Assembly: GCA_030647655.1 (NCBI GenBank)
Contig: JAUSJH010000002.1
Span: forward strand, 43,711-107,710
DNA from: a bacterium
Lineage (GTDB): Bacteria; Patescibacteriota; Minisyncoccia; Phycocordibacterales; UBA2100
DNA: 64,000 nucleotides
Reading direction: 5' to 3'
Position numbers and translations under genes: made by a program. The notes below the pieces were generated by a model. The model was not told the origin of the DNA. It saw only the letters and a list, made by a program, of their open reading frames with translations, and made no database searches. Positions 54,378-62,613 of this stretch are shown one piece after another (the first letter of the stretch is position 1; every line of letters starts with the position of its first letter).

Positions 54378-55325
54378 ATGAGACACCTTATATCGCTCAA
54401 AGAACAGAGTGCGGATGATATCCGCGATATTATTGCGCTCGCGGCGCGTATCAAGAAAAAATATCGTGCGGGGGAAACGACGGATATTTTGCACGACAAG
54501 ACGCTCCTAATGTTCTTCCAGAAGGGTTCGACTCGGACGCGAATTTCATTTGAAGCGGGAATGACGGAGCTTGGCGGTCACGCCATCTACCTCGATGCCG
54601 CGAAGACGCAATTTGCTCTCGCCGATTTCCGTGACGAGATACGGGCCGCGATGCGTTTCGGGGATATCCTGATGATGCGCCTTATGCGTGTAGAAGACGT
54701 CGCGCTCGCGGCTTCGTTTGATCAGGTTCCTGTTATCGATGGCTGTAGCGAGAAATATCATCCCTGCCAAGCGCTTGGGGATATTTTCACGATGGCGGAG
54801 CACTCTAAGGGGTTGAAAAATGTCAAAAAGGTCGCATGGCTTGGTATTGAGAACAACATGTCAAATACTCTCAAGCTTGCGTGCGCTAAGCTCGGGATAG
54901 AGGTGGCCCTTGTCACTCCTGAGGTGAATGCCGCGAGCGTGGATAAGGAACTAAATACAATGGCAAATGCGACCGGAAAAGTGAAAAAAGTCCTTGATAT
55001 CAAAGAAGCACTTCACGGGGCTGATTATGTGCACACCGATACGTGGATGGATACGGAATACTTTAAATCGGGGAAACCACTCCCCGAATTTGCCGCGGAA
55101 TTCGAGCGTCGCATGAAGGTCTTTATGCCATACCAACTTAATGCCGCGCTCATCGAGAAATACGCTCCAAAGGCCGGCATTATGCATTGCATGCCTATGC
55201 ACGTAGGATACGAAATTACTCGCGACGCCATTGAGCACAAGAACTCGGTCATCTTCGATCAGGCGGAGAATCGCAAGCATGTCCAAAAGGCGATTTTACT
55301 CTGGCTGTTGGAGAAGGGCCTGTAA
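54378..55325 (+). CDS. ornithine/aspartate carbamoyltransferase-family enzyme (OTC-like; substrate uncertain)
   Basis: STRTR carbamoyl-phosphate motif, HPCQALGD, and the C-terminal HCMPMH (compare HCLP). The second-substrate loop reads DTWMD rather than the canonical DVWxSMG. Confidence 0.75.
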   Translation: MRHLISLKEQSADDIRDIIALAARIKKKYRAGETTDILHDKTLLMFFQKGSTRTRISFEAGMTELGGHAIYLDAAKTQFALADFRDEIRAAMRFGDILMMRLMRVEDVALAASFDQVPVIDGCSEKYHPCQALGDIFTMAEHSKGLKNVKKVAWLGIENNMSNTLKLACAKLGIEVALVTPEVNAASVDKELNTMANATGKVKKVLDIKEALHGADYVHTDTWMDTEYFKSGKPLPEFAAEFERRMKVFMPYQLNAALIEKYAPKAGIMHCMPMHVGYEITRDAIEHKNSVIFDQAENRKHVQKAILLWLLEKGL

Positions 55326-55340
55326 TATACCAATGCCGCG

Positions 55341-55357
55341 GTAATACAACGGTAGCC
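55341..55357 (+). repeat. 17-mer GTAATACAACGGTAGCC (copy 2)
   Basis: See copy 1. Located 43 nt upstream of the purF ATG. Confidence 0.4.
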
Positions 55358-55399
55358 CATACCGTCTTTTGTTTTTTCTGGTACAATTCCACTTTAGAT

Positions 55400-56869
55400 A
55401 TGCTAACCCTTGGAGAAAAATGTGCGGTCTTCGGAGTCTATGGAAAAGGATTCGACGTCGCGCGGCTCTCTTTCTTCGGACTTTTCGCACTCCAGCATCG
55501 CGGGCAGGAGAGCTCCGGAATTGCAACGGGAAATGGAGAGACGGTGTGTCTTCACAAGGGAATGGGACTTGTCTCACAGGTGTTCAATGAGGATGTCATG
55601 GAGTCGCTCAAGGGTCACATAGCGGTCGGACACAATCGGTATTCGACGACCGGCGGCTCCAAGGTGAAGCATGCCCAGCCGATGCTCGCCGCTGGCGCTC
55701 GCTCGCTCCAGCGAATCGTCTACGACGACGCCAATCCAAGCCTTCATGATTCCGTTTCGCTCTGTTCCACACCTGACGACGGCGCAATCGCGCTTGTGCA
55801 TAACGGTAATCTTCCCTCGACCACAGTGCTTCTCGAATTTCTCAAAGAGAAGGGAGTCGACTCGTCCGAATTCTCGGACTCCCGCATGATCGTTGAGGCC
55901 ATTGCGGCATCCATGCGCGAGGGCGTTGGCCTCGAGGGGGCTATCAAGAATATCTATCCGCTCCTCACCGGTGCATTCTCAATTCTCATCATGTCCAAGG
56001 ATAAGCTCATCGCCATTCGCGACGTATGCGGCATTCGCCCGCTCTCCATCGCAAGCTTGAATGGCGGGTACATCATCGCTTCGGAGACATGTGCCTATCC
56101 GCCGATTGGTGCAGTGTATCTGCGCGATGTGGCTCCGGGGGAGATGGTGGTGATAGACGAAGGAGGTATTCACGCGCAGGAGCTAGCCACTCCGAATCCC
56201 AAGCTCGACATATTCGAGTTCGTCTACTTCGCACGACCCGACAGTGAGCTCCTCGGTAAGTCTGTCTATGAAGTGCGGCGCAATTTCGGCGTTCAGCTTG
56301 CGAAGGAATATCCGCTTGAAGCCGACGTCGTGATACCCGTGCCGGAAACAGCGATTGCTTCGGCCATCGGCTACGCCCAGACTCTCGGCATTCCTTTCGA
56401 AATGGGGCTTACCAAGAATCGCTACATCCATCGCACTTTCATCACACCCGAACAGCACATACGCGAACAAGGGGTCAAAGCGAAACTCACGCCGATACCG
56501 GAAGTCGTTCGGGGGAAGCGTGTTGTCGTGTTCGATGATTCCATCGTACGCGGTACGACCTCTCGCCAGATAGTGAAAATGCTTTTTGAAGCCGGCGCAA
56601 AAGAAGTACACTTCCTCGTCGCTTCGCCGCCCGTGAAATACCCAGATTTTTACGGCATCGACACACCTAGACAGTCAGACCTCATCGCGGCCACGAAATC
56701 CGTGGAAGAGATGCAGGCATATCTCGGTGCTACATCGTTGCGATTTCTCTCATACGAAGGAATGATAAAAGCCACGGGGCTTCCGGAGGGCCGTTTTTGC
56801 ACCTCGTGTTTTACCGGCGTCTATCCGATAGATATCAAAGAACGCGCGAAGGAGGTGAAAAAGGTGTAA
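55400..56869 (+). CDS. purF: amidophosphoribosyltransferase (with short propeptide)
   Basis: Propeptide MLTLGEK, then the Ntn Cys in CAVFGVYG. Glutaminase domain followed by the PRTase motif VVVFDDSIVRGTTS. Confidence 0.9.
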   Translation: MLTLGEKCAVFGVYGKGFDVARLSFFGLFALQHRGQESSGIATGNGETVCLHKGMGLVSQVFNEDVMESLKGHIAVGHNRYSTTGGSKVKHAQPMLAAGARSLQRIVYDDANPSLHDSVSLCSTPDDGAIALVHNGNLPSTTVLLEFLKEKGVDSSEFSDSRMIVEAIAASMREGVGLEGAIKNIYPLLTGAFSILIMSKDKLIAIRDVCGIRPLSIASLNGGYIIASETCAYPPIGAVYLRDVAPGEMVVIDEGGIHAQELATPNPKLDIFEFVYFARPDSELLGKSVYEVRRNFGVQLAKEYPLEADVVIPVPETAIASAIGYAQTLGIPFEMGLTKNRYIHRTFITPEQHIREQGVKAKLTPIPEVVRGKRVVVFDDSIVRGTTSRQIVKMLFEAGAKEVHFLVASPPVKYPDFYGIDTPRQSDLIAATKSVEEMQAYLGATSLRFLSYEGMIKATGLPEGRFCTSCFTGVYPIDIKERAKEVKKV

Positions 56870-56977
56870 ATGTAAGCAGATGTGGGATAATGCGTCTTCA
56901 TGATGAGGGTCGTAACTCGAGTAGCGAGAATATGGCTTTGAATCAAGACTTTATAAGTATTAACTGTATAATCCATT

Positions 56978-57679
56978 ATGAACATCATTCGTAACTCGGC
57001 GGTCATGGCCGCACTCGTTCTTTCTCTCGGGTTCGCACTGCCTGCTTTTGCTCAAGGAGCTTATGGGACAATTGATTCGAAAACGCAGGGCACTGTCGAT
57101 GTGGGGACTGCTCGCGTCGGCGCTGACGCCGACATCAATGTGAAGGTTAACGCAAACGTTAAGGCCTCCAGCAGCCCGGCTTCCGGCTCGTCAGACATCC
57201 GCGTCCAAGGGGGCGATGTCAACGGTGACGGAGTGGCGGGTATAGCCGCTACGGGAACCTCCATGGGTGACCCCGATTTCGATCTCGCCGCCATGCAGGC
57301 GGAGAGCGCCGAAGACCACGTCGCACTTACCTCCAAGCAATCAGTAAAGCTCTTCGGATTCATTCCGGTCACGGTGAAAATGAAGGTGAACGTGGATGCG
57401 AACGGCGACGTTACAGTCTCATATCCGTGGTGGACGTTTCTCGCAGTGACCAACAGGGATAATCTTGAATCAAAGATAGAAGCACAAACCAAAGTGATTA
57501 CAGCGCGTGAAGCTGGCTCGGGCATGGCAACGGGCCGTGTCGCAGCCGGCGATGTGAGTGGAGACGGCGTCGAGGCTTCAGTGAAGCTCTCGGCAGACAT
57601 ACAGGCGCGTCTCATCGAATCGGTACAAGCGGCATTACAGTTCCAGTGGAAGGTAGACACACAGGGACCGACGATCTAA
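56978..57679 (+). CDS. secreted hypothetical protein with internal VNANVKA/GDVNGDG repeats
   Basis: Signal peptide AALVLSLGFALPAFA-QG. Repeated Val/Asn/Gly/Asp-rich beta-like segments. Confidence 0.5.
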   Translation: MNIIRNSAVMAALVLSLGFALPAFAQGAYGTIDSKTQGTVDVGTARVGADADINVKVNANVKASSSPASGSSDIRVQGGDVNGDGVAGIAATGTSMGDPDFDLAAMQAESAEDHVALTSKQSVKLFGFIPVTVKMKVNVDANGDVTVSYPWWTFLAVTNRDNLESKIEAQTKVITAREAGSGMATGRVAAGDVSGDGVEASVKLSADIQARLIESVQAALQFQWKVDTQGPTI

Positions 57680-57695
57680 AATTATTCACAACCTC

Positions 57696-57719
57696 AAAAC
57701 GCCCCGCACGGGGCGTTTT
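57696..57719 (+). terminator. rho-independent terminator
   Basis: AAAACGCCCCG-CA-CGGGGCGTTTT. Confidence 0.8.
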
Positions 57720-57757
57720 GTGTACTAGACAAACATACCGTCGGCGAGTAGTCTGGG

Positions 57758-59011
57758 ATGATGTCATTCAACAAACCATATTTACCGAGCGAGAAGATAT
57801 TAAAAAACTACGCGGATGTGCTCGTGAATTTCGCGCTCGGAGGCGGGAAGGGAATTAAAAAAGGGGACGTCGTGCGCGTTTCCGCGTCGGAGTCCACCAA
57901 GCCGCTTTTTATGGCCGTGTGCAATGCTGTTGTGGACGCCGGAGGTCACGTGCTTTCGCACTACGGGCCGGACGATGAAAAAGGTGACAAGCGCCGGAAT
58001 ATCAGCGTTTCGCGGTATTTTTATGAACACGCACAGCCGCACCAACTATCGTTTTTCCCCAAAAAATATTTGAAGGGACTTGTGGAGCAAATGGACCATT
58101 CAGTCTTCCTCCTTGCAGAGAAGGACCCGAAGGCGCTTGCGGGCGTGGACGGCAAAAAGATAATGCAGAGAGGACTTGCCATGAAGCCTTTCATGGACTG
58201 GCGGCATGAAAAAGAATGGAAAGGAAAGTTCACGTGGACCATCGCGCTCTACGGCACTCCCGCTATGGCGCGTGAGGCAGGGCTTTCCGAGAAAGAATAT
58301 TGGGACCAGATAATCAAGGCATGCTTCCTGAATGAGAAGAATCCGATAGCGAAATGGAAGGCCGTGTATCGCGATATCGAGAAATATCGTAGCCGTCTTA
58401 ATAAACTCTCGCCAAAGATAGACAGGCTGCACGCCAAAGGCCCCGACATGGACATTTGGTACAAGCTCGGCGAAAAACGTGCGTGGCACGCGGGCTCCGG
58501 AAGGAACATTCCAAGCTTTGAGATATTCACGTCGCCGGATTGGCGGGGGACCAACGGTTGGATACGCGTCAATCAGCCGCTCTATCGCTACAGCAACAAG
58601 ATTACGGGCATTCAATTATGGTTCAAGAACGGTCGTGTGATAAAAAGCTCGGCGAAGACCAACGAGAAATTATTGAAGGAAATGATAGCGACGAAAAACG
58701 CCGACAAGATAGGCGAGTATTCGCTCACCGACAAACGTCACTCGCGCATCACTAAATTCATGGCGGAGACGCTTTTCGACGAGAACATGGGCGGTCCCTA
58801 TGGCAATTCGCACATCGCGCTCGGTATGAGCTACCGCGACACCTATGCCGGTGACGTTTCGAAGCTTACCGACAAAGAGGCAAAGCGTCTCGGCTTCAAC
58901 GACTCATCGGTACACACCGATGTCGTCTCGACGACGGACAGGACGGTCACAGCGCACCTCAAAGACGGCTCGAAGAAAGTTATCTACAAAGCCGGCAAGT
59001 TCGTACTGTAA
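57758..59011 (+). CDS. M29-family aminopeptidase (AmpS/PepS-like)
   Basis: 417 aa. N-terminal YADVLVNFALGGGKGIKKGDVVRV and overall M29 (thermophilic metalloprotease) architecture. Confidence 0.8.
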   Translation: MMSFNKPYLPSEKILKNYADVLVNFALGGGKGIKKGDVVRVSASESTKPLFMAVCNAVVDAGGHVLSHYGPDDEKGDKRRNISVSRYFYEHAQPHQLSFFPKKYLKGLVEQMDHSVFLLAEKDPKALAGVDGKKIMQRGLAMKPFMDWRHEKEWKGKFTWTIALYGTPAMAREAGLSEKEYWDQIIKACFLNEKNPIAKWKAVYRDIEKYRSRLNKLSPKIDRLHAKGPDMDIWYKLGEKRAWHAGSGRNIPSFEIFTSPDWRGTNGWIRVNQPLYRYSNKITGIQLWFKNGRVIKSSAKTNEKLLKEMIATKNADKIGEYSLTDKRHSRITKFMAETLFDENMGGPYGNSHIALGMSYRDTYAGDVSKLTDKEAKRLGFNDSSVHTDVVSTTDRTVTAHLKDGSKKVIYKAGKFVL

Positions 59012-59020
59012 ACTAGAGGA

Positions 59021-59668
59021 ATGAAAACGGTTTACTTCGTACGGCACGGGGAGAGCGAGGATAATGCGGCCAAGCGCTACAATGCGTTCGATACACATCT
59101 CTCGCAGAAAGGTGAGCGGCAAGCCATCGGAATCACCAAACGTTGCTCGTACCTTCCCGTCGAGATCATTATTTCGAGCGATATGGAGCGGGCGCGGCAG
59201 ACAGCCCATGTCATCGCAGAACACGTTCCACACACCATCACGGAGAGTGCCTTGTTCAGGGAAAGAATCACCGCAGCACGCCTTTTGGGCAAGTCGCATG
59301 ATGACCCCGAAGCAATTAAAATTGTAGAAGAGTCGCGAAAAAATTTCCACGTCCCTGGATGGAGGCATGAGGGCGGAGAGAATTTTGAGGACTTGAAGGC
59401 CCGTGCGCTACAAGGTCTCGCGTACCTCACGGGACGGACAGAAGACTCAATACTTGTTGTGACCCACGGTTTTTTCATGCGCGTCATTGTCTCCGCCGTG
59501 CTCTTTGGAAAAGAACTCACCTCACATGAGTGTCTGGACGTAATCGACGGACTCGGAGAACTTGAAAATACCGGATTGACGGTAATTCATAGCAAAGAAG
59601 GAAAAAAACTCCGCGGTCGCTCTCCGTGGCGGCTTGCAGTATGGAACGACCACGCGCACCTCGGGTAA
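59021..59668 (+). CDS. histidine phosphatase family protein (phosphoglycerate mutase-like)
   Basis: The RHGE catalytic motif (VYFVRHGESEDN) and a downstream His (VVTHGFFMR). Confidence 0.8.
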   Translation: MKTVYFVRHGESEDNAAKRYNAFDTHLSQKGERQAIGITKRCSYLPVEIIISSDMERARQTAHVIAEHVPHTITESALFRERITAARLLGKSHDDPEAIKIVEESRKNFHVPGWRHEGGENFEDLKARALQGLAYLTGRTEDSILVVTHGFFMRVIVSAVLFGKELTSHECLDVIDGLGELENTGLTVIHSKEGKKLRGRSPWRLAVWNDHAHLG

Positions 59669-59718
59669 CGCACCGGAAGATATTGCAGTTGCAAGGGAAT
59701 AGTCTACACTGACTTTCG

Positions 59719-60630
59719 ATGGAACATCTTGTTGAGACCCAGCAGTTTGATAGGAAGTCACTCAAGAAGCTTTTCGAACTTGCCACATCTATCGAAGGCA
59801 AGCGCGACGAGTCACTCAAAGGAAAAATATTAGTTTCTCTTTTTTTCGCCCCTTCAACTCGTACGCGCCTTTCTTTTGAATCCGCCATGTTTCGTCTCGG
59901 CGGTGACGTGATAACAATGGAAAGCGGAGAGTCATCGTCGCAATCGAAAGGCGAGACTCTTGAGGATTCCATACGGGTTGTCTCTCAGTACGGAGATATC
60001 ATTGTCATGCGTCATGGGGAAGTCGGCACCGCCGCGCGCGCCGCGGCTGTTTCAAAAGTCCCAATCATCAACGCTGGGGATGGCAACATGGGCCAGCACC
60101 CCACGCAAGCATTGCTCGATCTCTACACGATTCAGCGAGAGCTCGGGTGCGAGGATGGCATACACGTTGCGATAGTCGGCAATCTGAAATATTACCGCTC
60201 GCCGCGCTCTCTTGCGTATCTCTTGAGTAAATATAAAGACATGCATGTGACGTTTATTTCATCACCCGAGCTGCGAATGGAGGGGGACGTAAAGGAGCAT
60301 TTGAAAGAGAGCGGAGTCCAATTTATCGAGACCGAAGACATGATTGAGGGTATACGTGACGCCGATGTCGTGTATCAAACGCGAATTGCAAAGGAGTGGA
60401 TAAAGAACGACGAAGAATATGAGCGGCAGCGGGGCCGCTACATCATCACGCGTGCGGTAGCCGATTCTATGAAGAAAGGTGCCATCATTATTCACGCCTT
60501 GCCTCGCGTCGGTGAAATAGAAGCGGAGGTGGATGATTCACCGCATGCTGTGTACTTCAAACAGGTCGGTTACGGCCTCATCGTGCGCATGGCGCTTTTG
60601 AAGACGATGCTCGGAGGAAAGAAAATTTAA
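59719..60630 (+). CDS. pyrB: aspartate carbamoyltransferase catalytic subunit
   Basis: STRTR, HPTQALLD, and the ATCase-type HALPRV motif. 303 aa. Confidence 0.9.
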   Translation: MEHLVETQQFDRKSLKKLFELATSIEGKRDESLKGKILVSLFFAPSTRTRLSFESAMFRLGGDVITMESGESSSQSKGETLEDSIRVVSQYGDIIVMRHGEVGTAARAAAVSKVPIINAGDGNMGQHPTQALLDLYTIQRELGCEDGIHVAIVGNLKYYRSPRSLAYLLSKYKDMHVTFISSPELRMEGDVKEHLKESGVQFIETEDMIEGIRDADVVYQTRIAKEWIKNDEEYERQRGRYIITRAVADSMKKGAIIIHALPRVGEIEAEVDDSPHAVYFKQVGYGLIVRMALLKTMLGGKKI

Positions 60631-61178
60631 TCTCGTTGTTCGAGTTTTTTGACGACCACGCTTCCTATCCACGCAAAGAGGCCCCCCAATACCAGCCCCG
60701 CGAGAACGTCGGTCATATAGTGTACGCCAAGATACATGCGACTGAAAGCGATGGCCGCAATGAGGACGGCGAGTAGTATCGTTGCCGCGATACGCCACGG
60801 ACCCGCGGGTATCGTGCGCCACGCGAGATAGATACAAAATCCGTAGAGCACCGAGGCGAGAGTCGCATGCGCGCTGGGGAAAGAAAATCCCGTTTCGGTA
60901 TATGCCTGAAAAACGAGGTCAGGTCGCGCACGATGCACAAGAGATTTTATTGCGAGTACAGCGCCGGCACTTCCAACGACACTTACAACAAGACCCGCGA
61001 GGTAGACGTATCTGCATCGTAGCAACAAGTACAGGCCTACGCACACGGCAAGCCCGAAGATGAAAAACGCACCGCCCAATTCACTGATGCTGATGAATAT
61101 CTTAGTCGTCGCAAGAGCGCGATGCGCGTAGAGTGTTTCGAGTACGGAGGCGTCGAGCGATGCTAGGAACGTCGTCAT
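60627..61178 (-). CDS. PAP2-family phosphatase (undecaprenyl-diphosphatase-like)
   Basis: KxxxxxxRP (KSLVHRARPDL), PSAH (FSFPSAHAT) and SRxxxxxHxxxD (SRMYLGVHYMTDV) motifs. Start at the Met directly after the dgkA stop. Confidence 0.75.
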   Translation of the reverse strand: MTTFLASLDASVLETLYAHRALATTKIFISISELGGAFFIFGLAVCVGLYLLLRCRYVYLAGLVVSVVGSAGAVLAIKSLVHRARPDLVFQAYTETGFSFPSAHATLASVLYGFCIYLAWRTIPAGPWRIAATILLAVLIAAIAFSRMYLGVHYMTDVLAGLVLGGLFAWIGSVVVKKLEQRD

Positions 61179-61537
61179 ATGAGGCGAACGATGTACGGTA
61201 TAAAAATAACGAGACCGATTATGGTCGCCGTGATACCCATCAAAAGCGCCGCTCCAGACCCGAGGTCTTTCACTTTCCCAATGCTTGGATGTTCTTCGGG
61301 CGTGACGTGATCGCAAAGCTCCTCGATAGCGGTATTGAGTGCCTCTACCGCCAGCACCGCGCCGATGGTAAGTAGCACTATAAGAAATTCCGTCGTCGAA
61401 ATCTGGAGTGCGTACGAAAGGGCAAGTATCACGACGGCAGTAACAGTCTGTACCCTAAAACTAAATTCTTCCCGCCACAGCGTCACAATTGCCAGCCACG
61501 ACGGCCGTATATTTTGTATCTTCTTCCTGAACGACAT
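61175..61537 (-). CDS. dgkA: diacylglycerol/undecaprenol kinase DgkA family
   Basis: 120 aa with 3 TM helices and the motif LAVEALNTAIEELCDHV. Confidence 0.8.
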   Translation of the reverse strand: MSFRKKIQNIRPSWLAIVTLWREEFSFRVQTVTAVVILALSYALQISTTEFLIVLLTIGAVLAVEALNTAIEELCDHVTPEEHPSIGKVKDLGSGAALLMGITATIIGLVIFIPYIVRLI

Positions 61538-61556
61538 ACTCCCAAGTATACGTCAC

Positions 61557-62270
61557 TTAAAGTCCAGCCAGAGATACTGCAACGTAGAGGACCCCGATAC
61601 CGAGCACGGTCGCACAACTCGTCCACATGGTCGGGTGGCGGTGGTGGCTTTCGGGCAAGAGGTCAGAAGCGCCGATGTAGAGGAAAAATCCGCAGAATGA
61701 AGCGAGCATGACTCCGAGCGCTTGCTCCGGCAGTACAAACAGGAAAGTTGAGAGGATACCGACGGCGGGCGCCACGGCATCAAGAAGAAGCCAGCGGAAA
61801 GCATTGTGCCGCGAGCCGCCGCTTTTCAATATCATGTTGACTGTGTTGATGCCGTCGGAGAAATCATGCGTGAGGACCGCGACGGCGACTATCGCACCCA
61901 CGGCGGGTGATACCTGAAAGGCGAAGCCGATGCCGACACCGTCAAGAAAACTGTGGAATGAGAGCGAGCCGGCACCCAATATGCCGCGACTTCCATGCCC
62001 CTCCTCGTCGGTATGCGCGTGCAATAGGACGATACGGTCGAGGAAGAGATAGATGACAAATGCGAGCGCGACGATGCTCGTGACCGTCGATATATCAAAA
62101 TAAGTACTCCCGAGCTTGAGCGCCTCCGGCAGAAGATCAAAGAAGGCAACTCCGATAACCGCGCCCGCGCTAAAGCCAAGTATGAGATGCAGTTTATCTT
62201 TAAATCGGAGCGCAAAAAGTCCGCCCAAGAGCGTGGCCACGAACGTGGCTGCGGCAACTGCGAACAACAT
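61557..62270 (-). CDS. ZIP-family metal (Zn/Fe) transporter
   Basis: His-rich cytoplasmic loop (HAHTDEEGHGSRG) and the ZIP signature HSFLDGVGIG...HDFSDG. The upstream extension in the track was trimmed. Confidence 0.75.
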   Translation of the reverse strand: MLFAVAAATFVATLLGGLFALRFKDKLHLILGFSAGAVIGVAFFDLLPEALKLGSTYFDISTVTSIVALAFVIYLFLDRIVLLHAHTDEEGHGSRGILGAGSLSFHSFLDGVGIGFAFQVSPAVGAIVAVAVLTHDFSDGINTVNMILKSGGSRHNAFRWLLLDAVAPAVGILSTFLFVLPEQALGVMLASFCGFFLYIGASDLLPESHHRHPTMWTSCATVLGIGVLYVAVSLAGL

Positions 62271-62613
62271 GCCATGAACTATATCGCATGATGCCAAAAT
62301 TGACACGTGCGTAGGATGCGTGCGTAGAATATGCAAGAAGAGATGAATCTGATAAACTTCTCCGATGCCGGAAGATGATTCGTACGACAAGAACAACCCG
62401 TGGATTCTCAATAAGATGATAGCTTTTTCAGAACGCCTGTTTGAGTCTGACAAAAGCGCAAACCTCGTCGTCATCGCCTTCGTTGTGCTTTTTGTCCTTA
62501 TGGCCCTTGGAATCGGGATTACACTCACGCGCGCTACCGCTCCTGTTCATCAGGTCGAGGCCAGCAATTGATGGCTCTTTATTGTGCCGCAAATTTGCTA
62601 CTATTAAGGCACT

